Assembly: GCA_008369845.1 (NCBI GenBank)
Contig: MRSU01003427.1
Span: 1-41,194, forward strand
DNA: 41,194 bases
From: Trichomonas gallinae
Taxonomy: Eukaryota
Direction: 5' to 3'
The position numbers and the translations under genes are program-made. Positions 11,901 through 21,660 of the stretch are shown here, piece by piece. Numbering within the stretch: the stretch's first letter is position 1; every line of letters starts with the position of its first letter. The notes under the pieces were generated by a model. The model was not told the DNA's origin, searched no databases, and was given only the letters and a program-made list of their open reading frames with translations.

Positions 11901-14900
11901 TCGATCATTTATATCTCCACATTCCTGACCACATGAAGAAGGCGGACACGAACGATTTAAGGCATCTTGAGCGTTGCATTCTCGCTGCTTACACGAAACA
12001 GCTCGGCTTGACTGCTGATTTATGCGAACTAAATATAAACATTAACTCAAACCAAACAGCGGAAATTTCAAAATACATCAAAAACATTGTACAGTTCGTA
12101 TACAAGGCGAGAAGGTTCATAAGGCTCGTTAAACAGGCAGCTAACAAAGAATCTGAGCCAGCTGAAAACATGCCGAGAAGACATTCATATGAGGAGTTCA
12201 TTCAGTTGATTATGAAAAAGTGCATCTTCTTGGTTCACTTGCAGCCTTGCTTAAGATTGATGTCTGACATCGAATCAAGCTTTTCTATAATGGCGAAGAA
12301 GATTTCTTCATTCATGACATCAGATGTAACAATCGAAGAATATTTCGACCAGATAGAAAAAGCACAAAGTGCAAGAGAATCAATTTCACAGGCCGTTGAC
12401 TACATATATGAAATGCTTTCAAACAAATTCACACCCTTCTCGAATTACATCGCATCACTTTCACTCGAAAGATATTCAACAAACGATGCCATTCAGACAC
12501 TGATTCTCGGAGTTTCTTCGCCAATGAACAAAGAAATACCGAAAGAAGTCACTGATACTGTTAAACTCATCGACATTGTCACTGACATGGTTCTAAATAT
12601 CAAAGAAGATTTCTCACAGCAGACATTTATTGCATACTTCACAAACGTTGCATTTTCCATCGGCCAGGAATATCCGACATTAATCATTGAGCCGACAATC
12701 AAATTAATACAATATCTTACAGGCACACAAAGCAAATTTGACAAACAAAACTCGAATTCGATTGTTTCACTTTTGGTTTCTCTTTTCTGGGTATTAGCCA
12801 AGAACTCAGAAAAATTCGCTCAAAACGAATTCAAGACATTATACAAGCGTTTAGCTGATGCTTGCCATCTTGATCCATTGGATCCAGAAACAATTGCTTT
12901 GTTCTATAGATCGGGCATGGACACAAACATCCATCCTTCAATATTAATCAACCATTTGATGACATGCCAGCCTCAAGAATACACAAGATATATTTCTTGC
13001 ATCGGAGAATTATGCCAAGGCTCAGAACAGAAAGACTCGCTGTTCTACTGGATCCTTCACGAAATCAGCAGAATCTGCTCGGGTGGGAAATCTTCATTCT
13101 TGAAAAACACGCCAGCAATTTCAGAGAAATCTCTCATCAACGAAAATCTCTGCAAGACACCAGAAATCATATTATCAGGCTGCCTTAAACTGATGCAGCT
13201 TGTTAGAAGATTCTTGAATGAAAACTCACCGACAGGCAGATACATCATGGATGTTTTCGTTTACATTTTAGAGACATTCATCAATCCGAGTAACGCAAAC
13301 ACACAATCTAATCTCTTCATTTTCAGTGACCAAATCCTTCTTTATGCAGTTTTCGGAATTCTGTCAAATGTCATTGATGTTATTTCTTTCTCGTCATTGA
13401 TCAAAGACTCGAATTCTTCCATTCTTTACTACGTCACATCCATCAACCAGACAAACAAAACATTAACATGCTGGCAGCTTCCTATAACAGCTGAAAGCAC
13501 AATCACAAACATTCCTTTCGGCGAAAAGATCAAATCAATTTCATCAACGCCATTCACGCCAAGTATCTTCCCATTCTATGACACTCTTGTTCAAGTTTTC
13601 ATCAAATTCTTGACAATGAACAATCCATCGCATTTCACTGAAGGTTTGTCTTATTACGGTTTATCGTCAATGCACGAATACTGCCGTGATCTGACATTCT
13701 TCAACAGATTAGTCAACGAACAGATATATGACGTTCTCCCTGAATTCTCATTCGAAAACTACGACAGCGATTTCATCAAGATTGTGAAAATGCACTTAGC
13801 CACAAACGACGGAGGATTCACAACGCCAAGAACAAATGTTTCTCAGCTGTTCTATGCATCACCGTCAGTTGTGAAAGACACAGATGGATTAGTTTTCACT
13901 GACAAATCAATTTCAGCTAAAGACGGTTTACACGTTTTCATTTCGAAAGTTTTCTCACCGACAGAAGATATTTCCTTGATTATCGATGCAGCTGACATTG
14001 CCCAATCATATGATGTCGGCTTCTACCATCTTTCAATCAACGAGTCCAATATTAAATGCTTGATGTATAGCAGGCGCCAGAACAAGTCAACAATCTCAGG
14101 AAACGTCAAAACAGCTTTAGGACCAAAAGTTTCTCCAAAATGCAAACTCGTCTTGAAGTTCAATCACATTACAAAAGAGTGCTCAATAATAAACGGCGAG
14201 TCAGGTGTTGTCCTTCAAACGCACATATTCCCATCATCAATGGTCTGCTTTGTTGTTATCGTTTATCCAGGTGCTAATCTCAAATACGAGCTCGTTGGAG
14301 AAACCAAGCAGTCCAACACAATGGACGCGAAGATTGTCTTCAAGCGCAAGAGGAAGAATATCACAGTTCAACAGATAAACAATTTGGAATGCGCTGTCAA
14401 ATCATATTCCGACATCCAAGACTTGAATATCAGTCCACATCCATATATACCCCCAGAAGATGTCGAATGCTCAAGGTTCAATTCACCAGAGAAGCCAAGC
14501 ACGAAATTCGTCGAATATCCTCCAGAACTAATCAACATGGAAACATTAACACAAAAGATCGAACAACCTCTAAAGAAAGAAGCGAGAAAAGCAATTGCTT
14601 TCGCAACCAACAATATTTTGCCAACAGAAAGTTTGCATTTCGCAACTCCTTCATATTCATATTATGTTCTCAAGAACAACAGCCCAGATGATCCTATCTC
14701 TTCTGTTTTCAATCCGCACAAGACTTTTACTGTTGACCAACACACAGGAAAAGTCGAGCTATTGAATCGGGCTAAAGAATTTGTACCAAGCGACACTCTA
14801 CCACCAATTCATCCCCATTCATTCGGAATCCTTCCAAACGAAATATTGAATCACTTCGCAACAGGTTATGCTCAGAAGCTAAGAAAGACATTGCTATCAA

Positions 14901-17900
14901 CTGTTTTATTGCAGTGCTATTCTCCATCGAGCATCGGAATCGAAGAAGCACTCGTGAAATTCAACTTCACTGACCAAAACGCTTTGCTCAAGAGCATGTT
15001 GAGTCTCTTGACAATTATCGAGCCATACGATTTCACAGAGAGCATCTGCCCAGTTAACTTCAAGCTGAATTTGATCGACCAGAATGTCATGACACCGAAA
15101 TCCAGTCAATTCCTCCAGAAGAGCGCCATCACGAATATATTTAACTACCTAGAAAAGCACAAGAAAGTCCAGAACTTCATTGAAGCGTGGGGCGACTTAT
15201 TGTTCAGAGAAGGACAAGACATCACATCTCACTCAGTCAAAGCCAATCACCCGTACGCGATTATCATCGATCCATCAACACTCGGCAGCTCCCCGAAGGT
15301 TATCACGAAGCAGGAAGTCTTCAGGTGGCTGACAATGCACACACAATTAAGCGCCACTCCAATTGATAACTGCACTATCTATGGATCTCCGAACGAAAAG
15401 AAGAAGCAGATGCCAAAGATAAAGATAACAACAGGCCACAGCTTCACCATTGAGCCTCGCGACAACAAAGATCCTGGCAACTGCATCGCGGCAATTCCAT
15501 TCATGACTGATGGCACGGTTACTCTATTAGGCACTTTCTTCGATTTAGTTGTCTCATTCAAGTATTTCGTCATCACATTGGATCATTACAAGAAAGAGAT
15601 TCCATTCTTGCTCATGCAAAACTACAGAAAGAAGATTTACAACTTCTTCATCGATTCATTAATCGGAAACTCGCCGTTCTTCACGCAGTACTATGCAGAC
15701 ATCATCGCGTTCTTGATCGAGCACGTCCCAATAATGGAGAGCGACATAGAGAAAGACACGCTCGCACATCTTAACTTGATCATGAAATTAACAGATTTCA
15801 AGGCCTTCCCGAAGATACAGTTATGGGTCGAAGAACTAATGACACTATGGGAAGAAAAGGCATTCCTCAAGATGAAACACCACTTCCCATACTTCGCGAG
15901 CGAGACAGACCAGATCTCATTGAGCAGCATTCCAGTTCAAGACTTTGTTTTCCCACAAGATACAATTCCGGATGATTTGAGATCAGATCTTCCGAAAGAT
16001 AGATTATTCATCACGCTCAAGAGATTGCTGATTCCAAGAGATAACCAATATGGCTTCCCATTCTACCAAATCCTCAGGAATTGGGTCAAATACTCACAGA
16101 AATGTCCGCCAACAGTTCAAAAGCGAATTTCGTCGAAGATACTAAGAGTTGAATTCATCAGAACAGTTCCGCATTCAGCGAACATTCAAATGCAGAACCC
16201 GCCATCTTCAATCAAGCTCAACTACTCATTCAAGGAAGACATGTCGAACAAGATGGAATTGAAACTCAGCCACGCATTCCAGCTCAACGGAAACTCGATT
16301 ATTTACATCGAAATCGACGATGACACAAATGTTTGGGAACTACTGACACCTTACTTCACTTCCAATGACTCTCCTCCACAAGCTCAGTTCCTTCTCAGCA
16401 ACAAAGAGTGGTTCATCGACGATGTCAAACACCTGTTGTTCAACTGGGATAACACGACAGACAGGATGATTCTGGCTACATTCACGTACAGCAGCTTCAC
16501 TGCATCGCGCTTGAGAGTCGACATCAGCCCAGACCAAATGGTTAAAAGCTCTTCAACAAAGCAGCTGAACTTGTTGTGCTTACGTGCACATTATTTGTTA
16601 GTACTCAACTGGTTCTTCGGAACAACAAGAGATCCAACAGAAGGCTCTTCATCATCTCCACGCAAGACAGCCTCGAAAGAAGACATAATGCAGGATCCAT
16701 CAATGAAGATGTTGCTGCCTATGATTTCACCGAAACTCAAACTCGACATTCTCAGACAAATCATCATCGAGAAAGGAAAGAACTCAAGGCGTCCTGACGT
16801 CACGATCGACAGAATTTCAGCTGTTGAAGTGAGGGAAGGAGTTTCTACGAACTACAACGTAACATTAATCGCACAAATGGTAAATATCTACCAGAATCCA
16901 GCACATTTCAGAGATTACACTGATAAACCGTGGGAAGTCCACTTCATGAACGAAGTCGGCATAGATGCAGGTGGACCTGCTCGTGAACTCGTCAGTGAAC
17001 TCGCGCTCGATATTTGCTCGCCAAACTGTGGCTTAGTTATTCCAACACCAAACTCGCGGAACGAAGTCGGTCAATACAGAGACTGCGTGATTCCTTTGCC
17101 ACATCCTTTGATCAAGAACGCTGAGCAGCGCTACAAAGTTTTCGGCGCTGTTATTGCCATTTGCATCAGAACGGGCCTCGTGCAGTTCTTCAACTTCCCG
17201 CCGTTAGTCTGGGAATATTTAATCTCAGGTGAAGTTGCTTTAGAAAGAGTTTTGGAGATCGACGATAACTACAAGACGACAATTGAATCTTTCAAAGAGG
17301 CAATGCGCGAAGGAATGAGCGACGAAGAGTTCAAGGCAAGACTGAACCACAAGTTCGTTATAGCAGATGCTCGCGGTAACGAGATGCCATTGATACAGCG
17401 TGGAAGAACAGAATTCGTCACAGCATCAAACTGTGCTCAATTCATTTCACTCGCAAACGAATTCAGAATCAACGAGCTCAAGGCTTCACTCAACGCAATC
17501 AGAAATGGTATGTGGGAGAACATCGGCATAGACCCACTGATCTCTTTGGATTGGAGCACTCTCGAATATGCAGCGTGCGGTGAAAGAGAAATTACATTCG
17601 ATGCATTAAGAAAGGTTACACAATTTGAAGGCGTTGACAACAGGCAACAAGACATATTCCTCAAAGTTGTCGAAACAATGACATCGGAGCAGAGATCTCT
17701 ACTTCTCAAGTTCTCAACAGGAAGAATCAGACTGCCGCCGAACTTCAAAGACAACGAGAAATTCTTGAGGGTTGACAGAGCTGAAGGCACAGATAAGATG
17801 CCGACATCTTCCACTTGTTTCCATCAGTTCCATATGCCTAGATACTCATCTTTCCATAAGGCATTCAAGCTCATCACGTTAGCTATCGAATACACTGGAT

Positions 17901-17917
17901 CATTCGAATTGCGCTAA
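8948..17917 (+). CDS. Giant HECT-domain E3 ubiquitin ligase (~2990 aa)
   Basis: C-terminal HECT motifs: WEVHFMNEVGIDAGGPARE, LLLKFSTGRIRLP, and PTSSTCFHQFHMPRYSS with the catalytic Cys codon at 17816-17818. The track start at 8843 is a TTG in AT-rich DNA; the first in-frame ATG is 8948 (MGQDLS). Confidence 0.93.
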   Translation: MGQDLSQESLSLPQTADAYGGEGQNVIEVGFDELPLKTSFQSDLFGKTNEEVQKDLNLPPTEMVYDILTDYLTYSSTSSLYEAFSKVLIPLFCAKVESKPKQIQILWNLFRFLRDRAYPYFMNEYRRLVAINEQINGIQNDIVNTHRRIPEETITVTKYIQNEEAFQNFLTNFKEIVKFGEIEPSPSYFLMTTKLIENLNDENSIYRLLSWGFGAGEISAIISSLQSLTNLALGKELEKTNDFSFDQLKTTINSISLANTCFAPPTNQIISSTVLANFSSIGTKQSSYIASDGTHLYIIGKRLKLTIIDLSKNITRHENRFQQYTLDDLNESPNDDMTITYSNGYLLVYSQKIPMYSIYQAKPFKKLASNIKFSIHGEFDFIPQCYPPFATDSKYFYALNPPCGLSVFSIKPPYLVSHRFINFQRSEAPLLQPFNEELFPPRFLNNLIAATNGITISFFSLISQEEGSNNYFARHFSLVDGKHICDSHFVLEHQISTLTYDPWNRCYWGCNSNRIIHIPSFNSQPPWLTGSDIMNVAEFNSSAPSSTHSEVLHSLCNFLEFYTVHFSGLSFHAAQSNQDYSPTTARFFAPCTNDAVHSINNSILFYSNLYKEKKESDRFTLEDCKHILLSLIRLLDYNLSNMDPQISVVGDQPPQKFIYCDESIHILLGILNDEEFAFSHDLVIFAIVNSMSLLFTDNKESLPAVFTKILKKMSTEFILYTLQKIHNMSIYPYCFDGNTIKATFCDLIRDYPNLKTTDSELVETYMRSLFMAVREMMISQNQHHHQHDQKILMDNFITFSTMIFHQFMTLLDKIPNVYNEETRAQIPSVNIFEKFIMLLHHFQQFPQIVDFATTRIHEIFIKLSKQIQSMKFETAVQPQHNLLFYSVYACYIDYIDSLMKNAALMKSSTTFSWLYQPTKESKLTPADVNDILRSTAKKTSNRQLLRKGLSFNFHSTSFSNNAELQEDFLTSLVAKEETIPIKNMIDHLYLHIPDHMKKADTNDLRHLERCILAAYTKQLGLTADLCELNININSNQTAEISKYIKNIVQFVYKARRFIRLVKQAANKESEPAENMPRRHSYEEFIQLIMKKCIFLVHLQPCLRLMSDIESSFSIMAKKISSFMTSDVTIEEYFDQIEKAQSARESISQAVDYIYEMLSNKFTPFSNYIASLSLERYSTNDAIQTLILGVSSPMNKEIPKEVTDTVKLIDIVTDMVLNIKEDFSQQTFIAYFTNVAFSIGQEYPTLIIEPTIKLIQYLTGTQSKFDKQNSNSIVSLLVSLFWVLAKNSEKFAQNEFKTLYKRLADACHLDPLDPETIALFYRSGMDTNIHPSILINHLMTCQPQEYTRYISCIGELCQGSEQKDSLFYWILHEISRICSGGKSSFLKNTPAISEKSLINENLCKTPEIILSGCLKLMQLVRRFLNENSPTGRYIMDVFVYILETFINPSNANTQSNLFIFSDQILLYAVFGILSNVIDVISFSSLIKDSNSSILYYVTSINQTNKTLTCWQLPITAESTITNIPFGEKIKSISSTPFTPSIFPFYDTLVQVFIKFLTMNNPSHFTEGLSYYGLSSMHEYCRDLTFFNRLVNEQIYDVLPEFSFENYDSDFIKIVKMHLATNDGGFTTPRTNVSQLFYASPSVVKDTDGLVFTDKSISAKDGLHVFISKVFSPTEDISLIIDAADIAQSYDVGFYHLSINESNIKCLMYSRRQNKSTISGNVKTALGPKVSPKCKLVLKFNHITKECSIINGESGVVLQTHIFPSSMVCFVVIVYPGANLKYELVGETKQSNTMDAKIVFKRKRKNITVQQINNLECAVKSYSDIQDLNISPHPYIPPEDVECSRFNSPEKPSTKFVEYPPELINMETLTQKIEQPLKKEARKAIAFATNNILPTESLHFATPSYSYYVLKNNSPDDPISSVFNPHKTFTVDQHTGKVELLNRAKEFVPSDTLPPIHPHSFGILPNEILNHFATGYAQKLRKTLLSTVLLQCYSPSSIGIEEALVKFNFTDQNALLKSMLSLLTIIEPYDFTESICPVNFKLNLIDQNVMTPKSSQFLQKSAITNIFNYLEKHKKVQNFIEAWGDLLFREGQDITSHSVKANHPYAIIIDPSTLGSSPKVITKQEVFRWLTMHTQLSATPIDNCTIYGSPNEKKKQMPKIKITTGHSFTIEPRDNKDPGNCIAAIPFMTDGTVTLLGTFFDLVVSFKYFVITLDHYKKEIPFLLMQNYRKKIYNFFIDSLIGNSPFFTQYYADIIAFLIEHVPIMESDIEKDTLAHLNLIMKLTDFKAFPKIQLWVEELMTLWEEKAFLKMKHHFPYFASETDQISLSSIPVQDFVFPQDTIPDDLRSDLPKDRLFITLKRLLIPRDNQYGFPFYQILRNWVKYSQKCPPTVQKRISSKILRVEFIRTVPHSANIQMQNPPSSIKLNYSFKEDMSNKMELKLSHAFQLNGNSIIYIEIDDDTNVWELLTPYFTSNDSPPQAQFLLSNKEWFIDDVKHLLFNWDNTTDRMILATFTYSSFTASRLRVDISPDQMVKSSSTKQLNLLCLRAHYLLVLNWFFGTTRDPTEGSSSSPRKTASKEDIMQDPSMKMLLPMISPKLKLDILRQIIIEKGKNSRRPDVTIDRISAVEVREGVSTNYNVTLIAQMVNIYQNPAHFRDYTDKPWEVHFMNEVGIDAGGPARELVSELALDICSPNCGLVIPTPNSRNEVGQYRDCVIPLPHPLIKNAEQRYKVFGAVIAICIRTGLVQFFNFPPLVWEYLISGEVALERVLEIDDNYKTTIESFKEAMREGMSDEEFKARLNHKFVIADARGNEMPLIQRGRTEFVTASNCAQFISLANEFRINELKASLNAIRNGMWENIGIDPLISLDWSTLEYAACGEREITFDALRKVTQFEGVDNRQQDIFLKVVETMTSEQRSLLLKFSTGRIRLPPNFKDNEKFLRVDRAEGTDKMPTSSTCFHQFHMPRYSSFHKAFKLITLAIEYTGSFELR

Positions 17918-18375
17918 TTGATATATTTTTTCTATATATATATGTATAAATATTTATTTTAATATTTTGATCTTTTTTATCATCAAAATCAATCGTTCTC
18001 ATGAAATTTAATCATTCAAAATTTATTTAAGAATTTCATAACGTTTCTTTCTATTATTAGAGAAAGAAAGAGTTATTAAACAGTATGTTTATATTTGTCT
18101 TGGTTGAATCTAAAGTATCTCAATTGAAATTTTTTATTAAATAAATATATACAATTCTTAATGGATTCGTCATAAATTTATCAAATATGTTGATTCTTTA
18201 TGTGAATTATTATTGATAACAGAAAAATAAATTTTTGAAGAATACATTTAAAATAACAAACAAAATAGAAGTTTTCTTTTCGCATATCAAGTGTATTGTG
18301 GCTTGGTACTGAAAGAAACTGGTAAAAAGGATAAAATATCAGGAAAGGATAAAAAATACAAGTAAATCGAAACAG

Positions 18376-18939
18376 TTATTTCTTGGATTTCCTAGATTTT
18401 TGCGAAGTTTCATCTTGAACAACATCTTTCAATGAGAATCCCATGATATTTGATGATTGAGGTTTTGGTTGTGATTTTTTCTTTTCTATCTCTTCTCGTA
18501 AACTATTTATGCGTTTTTCTATGCTTTCATATTCACCAACAATCTTTCTATCAAATTTTGGAATCGGATTTGATATATTTTTGAGAATTTTGTTTTTATG
18601 TTTTGTTGCTGAATCGATTTTTTGACTGAGCTCAAATATTTGGTAGTTTAATTCTGTTATTTGTTGTTCATTTTGATTTTGATGATCTAAAATTGCCTGT
18701 GTGCTTTTATCGACAATATCTTGTATGATTTTCTCGCGCCTTTCTTTAAAATCGGCTTCCTTCTGTTCATTTTCGAGTTTCTTTTGTTCTAGTAAAATTT
18801 TATTCGTTAAATTTATCGTTTGGTAGCGTTTTACTTTCTGCTTCAGAATAGAATTGGTCAGATTGCCTTCAGCAATATTACAGTTAACATATGCGCAATC
18901 AAGCGCTGTAGCAATCATAATTTCTCGTTCTGGTTCCAT
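18376..18939 (-). CDS. Hypothetical coiled-coil protein (187 aa)
   Basis: ATG-started ORF rich in K/E/Q heptads; M3-like element GGCGGTTT just upstream on the coding strand. Confidence 0.7.
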   Translation of the reverse strand: MEPEREIMIATALDCAYVNCNIAEGNLTNSILKQKVKRYQTINLTNKILLEQKKLENEQKEADFKERREKIIQDIVDKSTQAILDHQNQNEQQITELNYQIFELSQKIDSATKHKNKILKNISNPIPKFDRKIVGEYESIEKRINSLREEIEKKKSQPKPQSSNIMGFSLKDVVQDETSQKSRKSKK

Positions 18940-18945
18940 TTAATA

Positions 18946-18970
18946 AAACCGCCACTTTTTGGCGCCAAAA
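18946..18970 (-). promoter_or_regulatory. M3-like core element plus perfect 14-bp palindrome TTTTGGCGCCAAAA
   Basis: Minus strand reads TTTTGGCGCCAAAAAGTGGCGGTTTTATTAA-ATG; palindrome at 18957-18970; GGCGGTTT fits the trichomonad M3 (Myb-type) consensus. Confidence 0.5.
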
Positions 18971-19678
18971 TATTTTTACATTTCAGGAAATTTATATCTG
19001 AATCAATAATATTGGATATTGATACTCATGCTGCATATCATAAATAGCTCAGTTAACTATAATACTGTCTTGAATCTATAGAATTCATTTCCACCAAATG
19101 TAGCATATGAAAACTGATTAATCAATGTGTGGGTGTACAAGCTTTCTGCATTATTTCTATAGCTCTATTTTTCATTGAAATTAATAATTTATAAAATATG
19201 ATTAAACACTTATTTTTGATTAAAAGTCAAATATTAACTTATATATTTCGTAGTTTCATTGAATATGATTAACCTTTTGAAGGCAAATTATAACTGATTC
19301 TTATCAAAATTTAAGGAAGTGTCTCACAGCTTTTTGCCCACTCTGTATTTTGGATCAACTGCATCTGATACATTTCATATTATGGTATGTTGATCATCAG
19401 CTCATGTAGTTGTGATTTTTTACACAAGAAAAATTTGATTTGAAAAGTGACGTATTTAAGGTTATATTTGGCACTTTTTATGGCAGATATTTTAATTCAA
19501 AATCTAATCCTGCATTTTATTAACTCTAACAATATTCGAGCAATTTCTGGCTTTTATTTATAATGGCCTTTCATATCAAAAAATCTAATGACAGGCCATA
19601 ATTTTTACTTTGCATATTTAGTATTTTAATACTATATAATATCCGAATTAGCAAAAATCGCAAAAATGAAATCACGAT

Positions 19679-19700
19679 GTCACTTTTTATCTGTGTCATT
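19679..19700 (+). promoter_or_regulatory. Core promoter of the PX gene: GTCACTTTT (M2-like, reverse orientation) and TCATT initiator
   Basis: GTCACTTTT at 19679-19687 and TCATT at 19696-19700, ending 10 nt before ATG 19711. Confidence 0.55.
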
Positions 19701-19710
19701 CTCCAAAGTA

Positions 19711-20139
19711 ATGACAACCGAAATTCCAGTTGCTTCCCTTCCGCCAAAGAAACTCCAACAGCTTCAGCACTCTACAACCGACCCAAGAATGTACCTTTTT
19801 ATTGATAAATTTGATTTAGATCCCGAACTCAATGCAGTAGTTTACGATATTGAGGTTGGAATCAAGAAAGATGCCACTGTTTATGTTCATACTGTTCAAA
19901 AAAGATACTCTCAGCTATTCGAGTTCGATAGCTTAATTCGGCCACTCTACAAGGACAATAGATACCTTCAGCCATTTCCTCCAAAGAAGATGTTTGGAAA
20001 CAAGAGCAAGGAATTCCTTGAACAGAGGGCTGAGGCTTTACAAAGATATTTAACAAATCTTGTTAAAGTTGCAGGTGTTGTAACTACGCCACATTTCTGT
20101 CGTATTTTCGAAATTGATCCAACCATTCTTGATCAATAA
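19711..20139 (+). CDS. PX (Phox homology) domain protein, sorting-nexin-like
   Basis: VQKRYSQLFEFD (RRYSxF motif), PFPPKKMFG (PPK loop), FLEQRAEALQRYL. Start moved from 19666 to 19711 because of the initiator position. Confidence 0.9.
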   Translation: MTTEIPVASLPPKKLQQLQHSTTDPRMYLFIDKFDLDPELNAVVYDIEVGIKKDATVYVHTVQKRYSQLFEFDSLIRPLYKDNRYLQPFPPKKMFGNKSKEFLEQRAEALQRYLTNLVKVAGVVTTPHFCRIFEIDPTILDQ

Positions 20140-21660
20140 GCTATTCTTGATCAGCGGACGGAAATATTTTCATATTTATTATTATCACGGAGTAATTTGT
20201 TGAAAATTGGTTTATATTGATGTCATAAAATGTTTTAAAAACTATTTCATCTATTATCCGGCTTTCTTATTCGAAATATTTTTTATAGACAAAAACGAAA
20301 ATGAAGAAATACAAGGAATTATGAACCACAGTATAGTACAGTGTTGTTAAATCAAAAATCACAATTCATAATAGGAAATATAATATTTAATTTCGCATAA
20401 ACACCTTTTCTTTAGTACTTAATGTGTATAGTACAAGAGATGTAATGCATTGTATCTTTTGAAATCTCTTGAAACTGATTTCAATAATCGAAATTTTGTT
20501 CAATCAATGATGTTATGTTGAAAATGAGTCTTATGAGATATATTTTTCTTAAACATTCATAGCTGTTCTATTAGTAGTTCCTTATGATGGAAATATGATA
20601 ATAATTTTTCATATTCTTTCAAAAGCGTATGATGCATCTATAATATTGATACATTGATTATATAAAGTCTACAATTCGATTCTTCATTAGTAAAAACTTC
20701 AAAATTGATTAATCAAAGTGGTTTGTACAATAAGGATCTTTGATATCGATCGATTTGTGTCCTTATATTTAAACATACTCATTAAAGCTTATATGTCTAG
20801 TTCCTTATGATAAGAATCTGTTATTTTGGCATTTTACATTTAATTATTATGGTCTTGATGCTTCTGAGTTTGAAAATATATCCATATTCCCCCGCAAACA
20901 TCAAAAATCAATTAATTTAGCATTATTATGATTCGATGAGTAATTTTTGTAACGATTATATATTATAGCATTACACACCATGATTTTCATTAATTACACC
21001 ATAAATCATCTAAATCTTTAATCGCATGGGTGTAACAACCATATGTAGATTTTCTTATGCAAACACTATTGTTTTATTGTGCATAAATCAGTGAAACAAG
21101 AACCCCAATGACTCACATTACTATAGGTCATAGTAATGAATGAAACTAATGACTGTGTAGTAATTACTCGCAACAAAATATCGAGAATATCAATTTTGGA
21201 AAGCAAATATATCATCTTTATAATCTGTTATTAACGTTTCATCACCAATAGTTCGATTTGACGCAAGATTAATATGACGATAAAATTATTGAGTCAATTT
21301 GTTTATTTGATGGTATATTATGCATATATAGCTGTATTCATTTAATATTCCAAGTTGTTTTGTGTTTAGAGAAATCGATCCAAGAATGTGAAAGATAAAA
21401 TTAAAATATGTTGAGATTTCAAGTATATAATGATTTTTTGTACCAATCTAAGACATATTCTCGGGATATTTCCTATATTTGTCGGTGAAAATCTCTAATA
21501 ATTTTGAAGTTCCGGAAAAAATGTTAAAGTTATGGACTCTAACCTTATTCATTGGGTTTTATACGTTAAAACAACCATAATTTCATCACTTTGACTTAGA
21601 ATCTCCAACTGTAAAATAAAAACAGTCAGATTTAACTAAGAAAATACAAACAATGTTTAT

